From a bacterium (GTDB taxonomy: Bacteria > Zhuqueibacterota > Zhuqueibacteria > Residuimicrobiales > Krinioviventaceae), in the NCBI GenBank assembly GCA_963675755.2, contig CAXXMD010000003.1:1280001-1344000 (forward strand): DNA of 64,000 nucleotides, read 5' to 3'. The position numbers were made by a program, and so were the translations under genes. The notes beneath the pieces were generated by a model. It did no database searches, was not told where the DNA came from, and worked only from the letters and a program-made list of their open reading frames with translations. Below are positions 1-10,772 of the stretch, piece after piece. How positions within the stretch are numbered: position 1 is the first letter of the stretch; each line of letters starts with the position of its first letter.

Positions 1-447
1 AACAGATTGCATGATAAATGCATAATCAATGTTGGCTGCAATCAATTGAAACGCTACAACTTTTCCGGGATCTTTACGCTTTAATAATGATTTTCGGGGT
101 AATACATGATGAATTATTGCCAGAGAATCATCAAAACATTGTACAACTACCCAGTCTCCCACGGTGGGGTAATCAACACTGTTTTCAACATTAAATAAAA
201 ACTTGCCCGACAACTCGGCAAACATTTCAATCCGGCCATTACTTATATTATAATTACTCTTGTTTACATTAATAACTCTGGCCAGGGTAAAATCATCTTT
301 AATATATTCTTTACTATTTAACTCAAACCACTCGTCAAAACCTAGCTTTTCAAGCAAATTTTCTGATAACTTATTTTCAGTTTTTGTATTATTTGTATTA
401 GAATTAGTGTGTATGTCCTTTATTTGTTGTTCCTGTAAATTTGACAT
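1..447 (-). CDS. rsgA: Ribosome small subunit-dependent GTPase A, 5' part only (runs off the window edge)
   Basis: Not in the ORF track. Translated by hand from ATG at 447 (GGAG upstream): MSNLQEQQ...LGFDEWF...ARVINVNKSNY...AELSGKF...YPTVGDWV...IHHVLPRKSLLKRKDPG...QLIAANIDYAFIMQSV. These are the RsgA OB-fold and AANID motifs. Confidence 0.9.
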   Translation of the reverse strand, partial: MSNLQEQQIKDIHTNSNTNNTKTENKLSENLLEKLGFDEWFELNSKEYIKDDFTLARVINVNKSNYNISNGRIEMFAELSGKFLFNVENSVDYPTVGDWVVVQCFDDSLAIIHHVLPRKSLLKRKDPGKVVAFQLIAANIDYAFIMQSV

Positions 448-654
448 TTTTATCTCCAGGTAAAAATATTCGGTTGTTAGATTTATTGAATTTTTCTCCT
501 AAAAGATATCTCACAATCTCTGTTCTATTACGCATAAAAAACATTCTCCTTTGTATTGACCAATTAAAAATTTAATCTCACAATTATACTAATTTAAATC
601 ATATTTGTTACAAAAAAATCGAAATCCCTTACAATTAATTGCTTTACAGAATTG

Positions 655-1701
655 CTATTTTTCTTCATTTTTCATAACAGTCAAACGCCGGTTCATTCCC
701 TGCAAAGCTACAAGATGCGAACGTTCTATTGAACCATCACTGAACAGTAAAACATCTATGGAAACCACACCACCAACGGTATTGCACTTGAATACATAAT
801 CCGCCAGCCAGTCACGGTCATACCGTAATCCTGCATCACACCATTGCTTGCCAAGATAGGAAAGTGTATGCCACTGTACGCCATCTATCCATCGTGATTC
901 AGGGATTTCGCCAAACTCGTTGTTTTCACCTGTGGTGAAATCATCTTCAAGTGTTGAAGAATTTGCATGCTGCATGGTTGGATTGTTTAATGCTATAATA
1001 CGTTTAGAATTACCAGCACGAAGGGCTTTTGCAAGTATAGTCCAACGTTTTTGATTATAGTCAAGATGATCGTAACAACCATCGACCCACCAACCAGCGA
1101 CTTTATCTTTATATCGTTCACCATATTCTTTAACCACATCCGCCCAATTTTGAACATATTCATCCGTAACTTTACCATTCCAGCCGCCCATACCGTCTGA
1201 GGCCTGCTTATCCTGTCGCGGACCATCACCCGTCCAGTAGAGCATTAATGTTATATTATACTTTTCAAGGGATTCAATCAAATCCATCACCAGATCGCGT
1301 TCTGAACAGGCTTCTCCGGGCTTGTAACCGGTCAGTTTGTCATAGGTATCATTGGGAGCGATCAGATAGCGTGTTCTCTGCATCATGGTAAAAATCACAT
1401 ATCGGGCCCCTGTTGATGCAATGTCAGTCGCAAATTGTTCTGTATCAAAATTGTTTACACATTCATTCCAGGAGGTACTCTGTTCCGTATTGGAAATACG
1501 CAAACCAACACACTGACAATCATATAAAAAATGAACAAAGACGCCCCACCCCGCCTCACTAAACCAGTCGGTATTACCCTGTCTTTCCACAGGGATCCGA
1601 CATTCACCTTTGGGAATATCAAGGTTTACCCGTTGATATTGAGCGTTACTATTTGCTGTAATTACTACCAACAATACCAATATCAAAATATATTTATTCA
1701 T
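655..1701 (-). CDS. Secreted GH29-like (alpha-L-fucosidase-like) glycoside hydrolase
   Basis: Signal peptide; WFSEAGWGVFVHF, FDTEQFATDIASTGARYVIFT and GWWVDG (putative nucleophile Asp) motifs. Confidence 0.7.
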   Translation of the reverse strand: MNKYILILVLLVVITANSNAQYQRVNLDIPKGECRIPVERQGNTDWFSEAGWGVFVHFLYDCQCVGLRISNTEQSTSWNECVNNFDTEQFATDIASTGARYVIFTMMQRTRYLIAPNDTYDKLTGYKPGEACSERDLVMDLIESLEKYNITLMLYWTGDGPRQDKQASDGMGGWNGKVTDEYVQNWADVVKEYGERYKDKVAGWWVDGCYDHLDYNQKRWTILAKALRAGNSKRIIALNNPTMQHANSSTLEDDFTTGENNEFGEIPESRWIDGVQWHTLSYLGKQWCDAGLRYDRDWLADYVFKCNTVGGVVSIDVLLFSDGSIERSHLVALQGMNRRLTVMKNEEK

Positions 1702-1822
1702 AATGACAGTCCTCTTCTAAGGAAAGAGCTGTTGGAAATGATTAAAATCAACAAAACCCGGTGTGAAACTAGCCTGACATCCTCCGGTGGGTGAATGCCG
1801 GGCTATTGTAATATATCAAAAA

Positions 1823-2770
1823 TCATGAAAACTGTAACCAGAGAAATACACCATAAACAACTATCAGCAAAACCCCTTCTAAACGGGTGATTTTGAATTT
1901 ACTGATCATCATGGGTAGAAACGCGATGGTAAGCCCCAGCATAAAGAGATAGTCAAATTTCAATAATGAGGGTTCTACCGGAATGGGATAAATTATAGAT
2001 ACAATTGCAATAACAAATAAAACATTAAACAAGTTGCTGCCAACCGCATTACCCACAGCAAGATCAACTTCTCCCCGATATGCGCCAACAGAAGAGATGG
2101 CCAGTTCAGGCAAAGATGTTCCAACCGCAACCAGAGTCATGCCGATGATAATGGGAGGTACACCCAACTGCTCGGCAATTTGTGTTGCGGAATTGACCAT
2201 CATGGTCGATCCGCCTATTAATCCCACCAATCCAAATACAATGTAAACGATATTCAGCCATTGTGCCCGCTGTTTTTTATGTGTTGGAATGTCATCAAAA
2301 AACGCACTGCCGGCGTTACGGTCTTTTTGCGCCAACCGGATCATATAACCAATAAAAAGGACAAATCCAACCAACAGTATCAATCCGTCTTTATAATCCA
2401 AAACCTTGTCCAGACTAAGCACATAAAACAAAACCGTTGTAAGAATCAGATACGGCATTTCACGCTTGATGGTATTGATTTGTATTGTCAAGGGACGTAT
2501 TACCGCGGCAACGCCAATTACCAGGGCAATATTGGCAATATTGCTTCCGATAATATTACCCAATGCAATATCTTTGGTTCCCTGTATGGCTGAAAGCAAA
2601 CTCACCGCCAGCTCGGGAGACGATGTACCCATGGCGACGATGGTAAATCCAATAATCAAGGGACGAATTCCAATCTTTAACGCCAGACTGGAAGAACCCG
2701 AAACCAGGGCTTCTGCGCCTATATATAATAATCCGATACCAACAATAAATAAAACAACCAGCAATACCAT
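1823..2770 (-). CDS. Calcium/sodium antiporter (YrbG-like, CaCA family)
   Basis: Two alpha repeats (GTSSPEL...GNIIGSNIAN and GTSLPEL...GNAVGSNLFN). Start reassigned to the ATG at 2770, just after the pyrE stop. Confidence 0.9.
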   Translation of the reverse strand: MVLLVVLFIVGIGLLYIGAEALVSGSSSLALKIGIRPLIIGFTIVAMGTSSPELAVSLLSAIQGTKDIALGNIIGSNIANIALVIGVAAVIRPLTIQINTIKREMPYLILTTVLFYVLSLDKVLDYKDGLILLVGFVLFIGYMIRLAQKDRNAGSAFFDDIPTHKKQRAQWLNIVYIVFGLVGLIGGSTMMVNSATQIAEQLGVPPIIIGMTLVAVGTSLPELAISSVGAYRGEVDLAVGNAVGSNLFNVLFVIAIVSIIYPIPVEPSLLKFDYLFMLGLTIAFLPMMISKFKITRLEGVLLIVVYGVFLWLQFS

Positions 2771-2771
2771 A

Positions 2772-3350
2772 CTATTTAAACACCTTTCGGCTTCCGGGTT
2801 TAACAACTTCTAATCCCTGTTCACACAAGGGACAGTTTTCCGGTTGGTAGGTAATCACATCCATTGCAAAAACAGAGAAAAACGGCACATCAAAATCCGC
2901 TTTGCCGCCACTTCTGTCTACAATAAAAGCAGCTCCAACAACCTCAGCACCCAGATCCTGCGCAAGTTTAATCACTTCTTTGACAGAGCCACCGGTTGTA
3001 ACCACATCTTCAACGGCCAACACTCTTTCACCGGGATTTATCTCAAATCCCCTACGGAGAACCATTTCGCTCTCTTGTCTCTCAGCAAATATTGCACGCC
3101 TACCCAATAACCTGCCTACTTCCTGACCGGCGACAATACCACCAATTGCGGGAGATATAACACAATCTACATTCTGATCTTTAAAATGATCTGCAATAAC
3201 CTGGCAGAGACGTTCAGCATAAGCGGGATACTGCAAAACTTTGGCGCACTGAAAGTATTGAGCGCTGTGAAGTCCGGATGTCAGTTTAAAATGACCATCC
3301 AGTAAAGCACCGGAATCTTTGAACATTTGTATTGCTGTATCTTTATCCAT
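2772..3350 (-). CDS. pyrE: Orotate phosphoribosyltransferase
   Basis: GHFKLTSGLHS and the PRPP-binding motif VEDVVTTGGS; adjacent to pyrF. Confidence 0.95.
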   Translation of the reverse strand: MDKDTAIQMFKDSGALLDGHFKLTSGLHSAQYFQCAKVLQYPAYAERLCQVIADHFKDQNVDCVISPAIGGIVAGQEVGRLLGRRAIFAERQESEMVLRRGFEINPGERVLAVEDVVTTGGSVKEVIKLAQDLGAEVVGAAFIVDRSGGKADFDVPFFSVFAMDVITYQPENCPLCEQGLEVVKPGSRKVFK

Positions 3351-3415
3351 AAATAACCCTTTAATCTTGATAAATACATCAAATATATGTGAACAACAGT
3401 TTCCTAAACTGTGGG

Positions 3416-4228
3416 TCAGGAACGTGCCGCATTTAATGCGTTTTGAGTATCCATTGCTGCTTTTGCCGCAGCCTCGGCAAAATCGGTACCAGAAGAAGCA
3501 TAAATAATAGCTCTGCTGGAATTGAACAAAGCCATAGATCCGTTTTCATCCGTACCATTTTTCACTGACGCTTCCAGGTCACCTCCCTGCGCTCCAATGC
3601 CAGGTATTAACAAGGGTAACGAAGGAACGATCTTGCGTATTCCTGCTAATTCATCGGGATGCGTTGCGCCAACAACCAGTCCGCAATTATTTTTATCATT
3701 CCAGCGATAAACGGTCCTGGCCATTTTTTCATACAGTTTTTCATCTCCATCCGAAAAATATTGAAAATCCTTTGAACCGGGATTCGAAGTCAGGCACAGA
3801 AAAAAAACTCCTTTTTCCGTATGCTCCAGAAACGGGGCCGCGGAATCACTTCCCATATATGCGTTAACGGTGACAGCATCCGCGTTCAAATAATCAAACA
3901 CAGATCTTGCGTACATTTTTGCCGTATTGCCAATATCTCCGCGTTTTGCGTCTGCTATTTTTACAACATTGTCCGGCAGATAATCAAACGTCTTTTTTAA
4001 AGCTGTCCATCCTTCCACTCCATACGCTTCATAAAATGCTGTGTTTACCTTGAAAGCAGCAGCGTAATCTGCAGTTGCGTCTATTATTGCCTTGTTGAAT
4101 TCGAACAAGGGCTCTGAAGCATTTTTCAAATGATCCGGTATTTTTTCAAGGACCGTATCTAATCCTACACATAACAGCGAATTTTGTTTATCAATGCAAT
4201 TTTTTACTTTATTAATAAATGATGGCAT
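3416..4228 (-). CDS. pyrF: Orotidine-5'-phosphate decarboxylase (type 2)
   Basis: LCVGLD, DAKRGDIGNT, LTSNPGS, PGIGAQGG and NSSRAI motifs. Confidence 0.95.
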   Translation of the reverse strand: MPSFINKVKNCIDKQNSLLCVGLDTVLEKIPDHLKNASEPLFEFNKAIIDATADYAAAFKVNTAFYEAYGVEGWTALKKTFDYLPDNVVKIADAKRGDIGNTAKMYARSVFDYLNADAVTVNAYMGSDSAAPFLEHTEKGVFFLCLTSNPGSKDFQYFSDGDEKLYEKMARTVYRWNDKNNCGLVVGATHPDELAGIRKIVPSLPLLIPGIGAQGGDLEASVKNGTDENGSMALFNSSRAIIYASSGTDFAEAAAKAAMDTQNALNAARS

Positions 4229-4235
4229 TTTAACC

Positions 4236-4718
4236 TCATAAATAGATGATTTCAGGTTTTGGGGCGCTTTCCCCGTTCAACGTCAGTATCATTACACTGG
4301 GTCCCTTATTACTTCGGGGTTGGCTGACAGAACCAGGATTCAGAGTCCATTCTTTTCCGTTATCCACAATTTCAGCATAATGGGTATGTCCAAATATACG
4401 GAACAATCCTTTATCATATTCAATCGCATCCAGTTTGGTTGGCATATGAGTCAGTGTAAATGTATATCCTTCCAACCGAATCTCTCGTAAAAACACCAAC
4501 CGACGCCTGACATCTTCGGGGTCCACATTACCATAAACAGCATAAACCGGTGCAATGGTTTCCAGTTCAATAATAATGTCCCAATTGCCCACATCTCCTG
4601 CATGAAAAATCAGGTCCACATCTTTGAACAGCTTGTGAACGCTGTTGGGCAAACTGCCATGTGTGTCAGATATGATTCCGATGCGTTTTGTAGTACCAGC
4701 AGATTTGGTTTCACTCAT
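4236..4718 (-). CDS. YfcE-family metallophosphoesterase
   Basis: ISDTHG, HAGD, GNVD, GHTH and NPGS motifs. Confidence 0.9.
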   Translation of the reverse strand: MSETKSAGTTKRIGIISDTHGSLPNSVHKLFKDVDLIFHAGDVGNWDIIIELETIAPVYAVYGNVDPEDVRRRLVFLREIRLEGYTFTLTHMPTKLDAIEYDKGLFRIFGHTHYAEIVDNGKEWTLNPGSVSQPRSNKGPSVMILTLNGESAPKPEIIYL

Positions 4719-4724
4719 GTAATT

Positions 4725-5990
4725 TTAACCGATCTTGTCCGTTCCCATATAATCTCTCAACACCTCAGGAATAACTATACTGCCATCCGGTTGTTGGTAA
4801 TTTTCAAGAATTGCAATCACGGTACGCGGCAAAGCAAGGCCAGATCCGTTCAGTGTATGCGGATACTCGGGCTTGTCTCCCTTTGCACGACGCATACGAA
4901 TATTGGCGCGTCTTGATTGAAAATCTTCAAAATTGCTGCATGATGATACTTCAAGCCACTTTTCAATGCCCGCGGCCCAAACTTCAATATCATAACATTT
5001 AGCCGCAGCAAAACTCAAATCACCGGTAGCCAATGTCAATACACGGTAAGGCAGTTTTAATAATTGCAACACCTCTTCAGCATTACCCAGCAGAGACTCT
5101 AACTCGTCATAAGAGGTTTCGGGTTTGACAAATTTCACCATCTCTACCTTGTTGAACTGATGGATACGCATTAATCCACGGGTGTCTTTACCATAGGCAC
5201 CAGCTTCACGGCGAAAACATGGGGTATATGCGGTATATTTAATAGGCAGATCTTCTCCCTGCAGCATTTCTTCCCGGTGCAGGTTTGTCACAGGAACTTC
5301 TGCAGTGGGGATCAGGAAAAGATCATCAACTTGAGCGTGGTACATGTCTTCTTCAAGCTTGGGCAGTTGACCGGTACCAAACATGGTATCCCGACGGACC
5401 ACAAACGGTGGTAAAATTTCAGTATATCCATGCTTTTCCACATGCAGGTCAATCATAAAATTGATCAATGCACGTTCCAGTTTTGCGCCCAGTCCGCGAT
5501 AGCTAACAAAAAACGATCCGGACATACGAGACGCGCGGTTAAAATCAATAATATCCAACTTTTCTGCAATCTCATGGTGCGGCAGGGGTTTGAATCCCAG
5601 GTCAGGGATATCACCCCAGCGTTTCACTTCTACATTATCCGCTTCACTACCAACAGGCACAGTTTCGTGAGGAATGTTGGGTACCCAGATCAGAATATCA
5701 TGAATCTTTTGCTCTATATCTTTTAATTCTTCAGCCTGGGCTTTGATGCTGTCAGATAAATCCCGCATCTCTTTGATTACATCCGTAGCATCCTGTTTAT
5801 TCTTTTTCAGCTCAGCAATCTGTTGGGTTACCTTGTTCTGCTGCGCTCTTTTGGTTTCGGTTTCGGTTATCATTTCACGTCGTTTCACATCCAGTGCCAA
5901 TAGAGCATCTATATCCGCTTTTTCACGTTTATCTTTTACTGCTTTTTTAACAACATCGGGATTTTCCCGGATAAATTTTAGATCCAGCAT
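4725..5990 (-). CDS. serS: Serine--tRNA ligase
   Basis: MLDLKFIR start, N-terminal coiled coil, PTAEVP, FRREAG, EVSSCSN and TLNGSGLA motifs. Confidence 0.97.
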   Translation of the reverse strand: MLDLKFIRENPDVVKKAVKDKREKADIDALLALDVKRREMITETETKRAQQNKVTQQIAELKKNKQDATDVIKEMRDLSDSIKAQAEELKDIEQKIHDILIWVPNIPHETVPVGSEADNVEVKRWGDIPDLGFKPLPHHEIAEKLDIIDFNRASRMSGSFFVSYRGLGAKLERALINFMIDLHVEKHGYTEILPPFVVRRDTMFGTGQLPKLEEDMYHAQVDDLFLIPTAEVPVTNLHREEMLQGEDLPIKYTAYTPCFRREAGAYGKDTRGLMRIHQFNKVEMVKFVKPETSYDELESLLGNAEEVLQLLKLPYRVLTLATGDLSFAAAKCYDIEVWAAGIEKWLEVSSCSNFEDFQSRRANIRMRRAKGDKPEYPHTLNGSGLALPRTVIAILENYQQPDGSIVIPEVLRDYMGTDKIG

Positions 5991-6003
5991 ATCACTTCCT
6001 CTT

Positions 6004-7404
6004 TTATTGTCCCTTGCCCTTGATTACGACAAGTATAGTAAACACCAATATTCTCAAATCCAAACTTATAGATAAATTATCAATATAATAGAGATCAAAT
6101 TCCAGTTTTTCTTTTACCTGTTCAATCGTAGTATCATACTCTCCCTTAACCTGTGCCCAGCCGGTAATACCGGGTTTTACACGCAATCTGCGGGTATAAA
6201 AGGGATATTCCCGTTTTAATCGGTCTACAAAATAAGGGCGTTCCGGTCTCGGCCCCACAATACTCATGTGACCATATAGCACATTGAACAACTGGGGCAA
6301 CTCGTCTATACGGGTTTTTCGCATAAACCGTCCCATGCGGGTAATCCGGGGGTCTTTTTCTCCCGCCCAAACCGGTCCGGTCAGTTTTTCCGCATCCTGA
6401 ACCATGGAACGAAATTTATATATCGTAAAAATACGACCGTTTTTCCCAACGCGTTTTTGACTGAAAAGAATAGGGCCGCGGGAATCCAATTTTATTAAAA
6501 GAGAAGTCAAGATCAACACAGGTGACAAAAGGATTAATGCAATCAAAGAAATGGATAAATCCATTAATCGCTTTACCTGGTGCTCCCAGGGCTTCATAAT
6601 TTGTGGATGGATTTCAATAAGCGGGAATCCATAAATTTGCTGTGTACGTGCCTGCCCCAGTACAATCTGGTACATATCCGGTTCAATCTTTAGATTGACC
6701 TGCAAATCTTCACACTGCGCAATGGCGTTCATTACATTTTTAGGGGTGGATTTGCCCAGACATATGATAACTTCTTCTACTTTATTCTTTTCAACCAGGG
6801 CCTTGATCTTTTTCAAATGTCCCAAGACCTTTAAATCATTATAGGCTTCACCGATCTCGCTTTTGTGCAAGCTCACAAATCCTATAACATGGTATCCCAA
6901 TGCAGGGAATTTCTTAATCTTGTCAGCAAGTTCTTTGGATTTATCATTCCAACCTATGATCAAAGTATTCTTTTGCCAAATACCATGTTCAAGCATTTTG
7001 CGATGCAGTGTATGGAGTATCATTCTACCTCCACCCACAACAATAAGCAAAATCACCCAATAACTAAAAACCAGAATTCGTCCCATAGAAAAAGGATTGG
7101 ACAAGTCTTTTTCAGGTTCTATGGTCAGAACAAAGATCATTAATATTCCAAAGCTAACAGCTTTGAAAACGGACATAAATTCATCAAATCGGGATTTGGT
7201 ATACCAGGATTGATACAGACCAAAAAATAAAAAAAGCAGCAACCAGAACAGATAGATAAACACGGATACCTGTAAGCGTGCAGCCAGGCTTTGCTCAACA
7301 AACAAATTGGCCGCGTAACGTAACCGTAATAATGCAAAAAATGCGATGTTCACTGTAATGAAATCCATCGCAAAAAGAAATATTTTTTCAAGGGTTTTAG
7401 GCAT
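6004..7404 (-). CDS. Polyprenyl-phosphate glycosylphosphotransferase (WcaJ/WbaP-type priming transferase)
   Basis: N-terminal TM helices; [28 protein letters not shown] and PGITGWAQV motifs. Confidence 0.92.
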   Translation of the reverse strand: MPKTLEKIFLFAMDFITVNIAFFALLRLRYAANLFVEQSLAARLQVSVFIYLFWLLLFLFFGLYQSWYTKSRFDEFMSVFKAVSFGILMIFVLTIEPEKDLSNPFSMGRILVFSYWVILLIVVGGGRMILHTLHRKMLEHGIWQKNTLIIGWNDKSKELADKIKKFPALGYHVIGFVSLHKSEIGEAYNDLKVLGHLKKIKALVEKNKVEEVIICLGKSTPKNVMNAIAQCEDLQVNLKIEPDMYQIVLGQARTQQIYGFPLIEIHPQIMKPWEHQVKRLMDLSISLIALILLSPVLILTSLLIKLDSRGPILFSQKRVGKNGRIFTIYKFRSMVQDAEKLTGPVWAGEKDPRITRMGRFMRKTRIDELPQLFNVLYGHMSIVGPRPERPYFVDRLKREYPFYTRRLRVKPGITGWAQVKGEYDTTIEQVKEKLEFDLYYIDNLSISLDLRILVFTILVVIKGKGQ

Positions 7405-7494
7405 ATACTCTCTTTAGATATCAGATTAAAATATAATCATGTTATTTATTTTTTACAAATCTTTTATCTAAAAGAATAGGATTACCTCTGGCTG

Positions 7495-8418
7495 TTAGTG
7501 ATAATCAGAATAAAACTGCATTGCCATTTGCAACAAGCTCATTTCCCCGGTCATATTATACAGAGTTATCAATTGATCAAAATGAATAGTATGATAATGT
7601 GGGTCAACATGCTTGTGTCTTAAACAGTAACAGCTTGATCCACCTTCATTACGGTATTCCGGCAAATAACGCTCTATTGTAGTAATAGAAGCATCTAATA
7701 ATTCTTTACACTCGGCATCGTTTGTAAGCATATAATAATCATACAAGCCATAAATTGCAAAAATAAATCCGTTCAAAACCCTGTCAGGAATATCCAGAGG
7801 GTATTCTTCGATCCAGTAATAATTGTTTTCGTCAATAAATGCTGTATATAATTCATCATCTGCAGTTCTTAAATTCTTAAAACTATTTAAAATCAATGAT
7901 GCAAAACTGAGGTATTTTTCATTATGGGTTTCAATATATAACCGGGAAAACAAGGACAACGCTAATCCCTGAGCCATACCAGAATACCAAGGGGCATTAA
8001 GTGGAGAATCTTTATATCCATGAGCAAAGATATCAAAATCATATGAAAAATATTTGGCCCCTCTATAATCGATTGCAAGTTCCATCATTTTATCTGCAAA
8101 CAGCTCGGTCCGGTTTAAATAATTTTGTATACCGGTTTGTTTATAACTGTCAAGAAAATAAAGCATCCACTGCGTCATATTTACCGGATGATAGTATAAT
8201 TCACCATTGATATTAAACATCATAACACCCGAGCTATCCACCGGATAGTTTACTTCAGTGGAAGCTGTTGTTTTATATGCATAGGGATCCTGATTTCTTT
8301 CCAAAACCTTATATTGGTACACATTACTTTCATAGATTTTTTCAGGACTTGTAGTCGTATCACAACCTACAACCCATATTAAAAGTAAACTCAAAAAACT
8401 TTTTACAATTATCTTCAT
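7495..8418 (-). CDS. D-glucuronyl C5-epimerase-family lipoprotein
   Basis: Lipobox VVGC; WYSGMAQG, WIEEYP, VLNGFIFAIYGLYDY, YCLRH and YHTIH match the C5-epimerase C-terminal domain. Confidence 0.85.
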   Translation of the reverse strand: MKIIVKSFLSLLLIWVVGCDTTTSPEKIYESNVYQYKVLERNQDPYAYKTTASTEVNYPVDSSGVMMFNINGELYYHPVNMTQWMLYFLDSYKQTGIQNYLNRTELFADKMMELAIDYRGAKYFSYDFDIFAHGYKDSPLNAPWYSGMAQGLALSLFSRLYIETHNEKYLSFASLILNSFKNLRTADDELYTAFIDENNYYWIEEYPLDIPDRVLNGFIFAIYGLYDYYMLTNDAECKELLDASITTIERYLPEYRNEGGSSCYCLRHKHVDPHYHTIHFDQLITLYNMTGEMSLLQMAMQFYSDYH

Positions 8419-8437
8419 TGCTTATTTCCCCCTGGAA

Positions 8438-9646
8438 TTATTTAATAACATCATTAAACTTTTTGATTAGAGTAATTTTTGAATAATTTGTTTTTACAAA
8501 TTTCACTGCATTATTACCATATTCTCGAGTTGTTTTCGTATTGTTATAAAAGTTAATAACTGCCTTTGCCAACTCTATTTCATTTTCCGGTGAAACCGAT
8601 ACACCTCCTCCGCTTTCTTCCAGAACATCTCTGCCTTCACCTATCAATGTAGATAAAACAGGTTTGCCGCAGGCCATATATTCAAACATTTTGGATGGAA
8701 GTGCGTTTTTAAACAAATCAAGATCCTTTAATGGTACCAAACAAACATCGGCAATTGAAATAATTTTAGGCATAACAGAAAAGGGTTGTTCTTTGTCAAA
8801 AATAATATTCGTCAAGCCCATTTTAGCTTTCATTTGAACAAGCTTGTCTTTTTCAACACCTGAACCGATAAAAAGGAACCTTATATTTTCATGGTCCTTG
8901 AGGATTTGAGCCGCTTTAATTACAGTATCCAAGCCTTGCGCAAGACCGTGATTGCCAGAAAATAGCACAACAAATTTATCAATTAAATCGTATTTTTGTT
9001 TCAGCTCTGTGTTCGCTGAACATGGATAAAAATGGTCAACATCTACACCATTCGGTAAAGGAACAATCTTTTCAGCTGTAACACCCTTTTCCATCAGTCT
9101 GTCTTTAAATCCTGGTACGGCAACAGAAATGATTTGAGCTTTACGATACAATAATAATTCCATTTTCTCAGCCAGAGAATAACTCAATCCTTTATTCATC
9201 TCTCCTAATGAAAAGGCAGATTCCGGCCATAAATCACGTACATCAAATACAAATTTAGCGTTCACAAATTTACTGATTAGCAATCCGGCTATTCCCACAA
9301 ACAGTGGTGGCGAAGTGGCTATCACAATATCATATTGGGGTAACGTTAAACCTTTGAGGATTGCGGATATCATGAACGAGATGTAAAATTTTATGCGTTG
9401 TACATTGGTTTTACGTGGATTTGCGGTTACATATGAACGGATCACATCAATTCCGTCCACTTTTTCAGCGAACCACAATTTACCCTTGTATTTTTTTTCC
9501 ACTATCCCTGTAGGATAATTGGGAATTTCACATAATACGGTAACATTATGTCCAAAACCGCGCAGATGTCTGGCAATGCTGCTCATGCGCGTTGCCAATG
9601 CGCCTACTTCCGGGGGATAGTATTGTGATACAATTAATATATTCAA
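8438..9646 (-). CDS. GT4 glycosyltransferase (WbuB-like)
   Basis: SQYYPPE, PNYPTG, ATSPP, DVRDLWPE and PSKMFEYMACGKP motifs; TTG start. Confidence 0.9.
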   Translation of the reverse strand: MNILIVSQYYPPEVGALATRMSSIARHLRGFGHNVTVLCEIPNYPTGIVEKKYKGKLWFAEKVDGIDVIRSYVTANPRKTNVQRIKFYISFMISAILKGLTLPQYDIVIATSPPLFVGIAGLLISKFVNAKFVFDVRDLWPESAFSLGEMNKGLSYSLAEKMELLLYRKAQIISVAVPGFKDRLMEKGVTAEKIVPLPNGVDVDHFYPCSANTELKQKYDLIDKFVVLFSGNHGLAQGLDTVIKAAQILKDHENIRFLFIGSGVEKDKLVQMKAKMGLTNIIFDKEQPFSVMPKIISIADVCLVPLKDLDLFKNALPSKMFEYMACGKPVLSTLIGEGRDVLEESGGGVSVSPENEIELAKAVINFYNNTKTTREYGNNAVKFVKTNYSKITLIKKFNDVIK

Positions 9647-9668
9647 TGAATTTTCTTATTTAAAATTA

Positions 9669-10766
9669 TTAAACTAATTTCTGATAGACTTTTAACATTT
9701 GATCAGCATTTTCTGACCAATTGTAATGTTCGAGAACAAACTGTCGGCCTTTAGTTCCCATCTGGTGACGCAGGTTTTGATCTTTTGCCAACAATAAAAT
9801 TTTCTCCGCAATGGCCTCAATATTTTCAGGTTCAACAAGAAAACCAGTCTCATTATCTCTTACGACTTCGGGTAATCCGCCAATATTGGAAGCAATAACC
9901 GGAAGTCCGCAAGCGGAAGCTTCTACAACTGCAACGCCAAATGTTTCCGAATCCATTATCGATGGCATTACAAAAACATCCATTTCATTCAATATCTCAG
10001 GGATCTTTACATTCTCAACAAAACCTTTAAACACAACTTTTTCTTCAATCTTGAACGTTTTAATCAAGTTGGTCAATTTTTCCAGCAAAACTCCAGAGCC
10101 AATCACTCTTAATTGTAGATTTGGTTTTTTTTTCAAGCATAGTTCAAAAGCTCTTATCAGAAATTCGATACCATATTTCTCTTCAAGTGACTTGACAATT
10201 CCAATCGTTACTGTGTCTTGTTCTGAACCAGACAGTTTGGGAGAAAAACGATCAACATCCACACCAAAAGGGATGGTACTTGTTTTTTTGTTTTTTTTTA
10301 AATATAGTTTTACTTCTGTAGTTAACATTCTGCTGGTAGCCGTAACATGATCGGCCTTGTCAAGAATCCACTTTATCAGGGTTGCTCTAAATCTGGATTG
10401 CTTTGGAAAATCCAGGATATCACTTCCCCAAACCGATATAACAAAGGGATGAAAATTTGTTAAAGCTCCCAATATCCCGTATGATGTTGCATAATGCGAA
10501 TGTAAAATATCGGGTTGTATTTTTTTTATCAACTTTTTTATTTCGCCAACATGCAAAAGATAAAGCATTTTTTTTACGGTTGCACTTGTTGAAAACGAGT
10601 GATTTATTACACCTGGCGCAAATAATTTAACATGATGCACTGCTACACCCTCAATTTTTGAATCAAGAAATGAGATAATATGAACATCGTGCCCATTTTT
10701 TGCAAAATATTTTGCCCATTTTTGGGTATGCGTGCTGGTTGCGTCTGCCAGATAAACTATTTTCAT
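9669..10766 (-). CDS. GT4 glycosyltransferase
   Basis: HSHYATSYG, WGSD and ETFGVAVVEASACGLPVI (EX7E) motifs. Confidence 0.9.
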   Translation of the reverse strand: MKIVYLADATSTHTQKWAKYFAKNGHDVHIISFLDSKIEGVAVHHVKLFAPGVINHSFSTSATVKKMLYLLHVGEIKKLIKKIQPDILHSHYATSYGILGALTNFHPFVISVWGSDILDFPKQSRFRATLIKWILDKADHVTATSRMLTTEVKLYLKKNKKTSTIPFGVDVDRFSPKLSGSEQDTVTIGIVKSLEEKYGIEFLIRAFELCLKKKPNLQLRVIGSGVLLEKLTNLIKTFKIEEKVVFKGFVENVKIPEILNEMDVFVMPSIMDSETFGVAVVEASACGLPVIASNIGGLPEVVRDNETGFLVEPENIEAIAEKILLLAKDQNLRHQMGTKGRQFVLEHYNWSENADQMLKVYQKLV

Positions 10767-10772
10767 CAAGAA

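Noticed and set aside
10283-10299. Poly-T tracts in the GT4 gene as phase-variation sites
   Set aside because: They encode a Lys-rich stretch in AT-rich DNA and the frame is intact.
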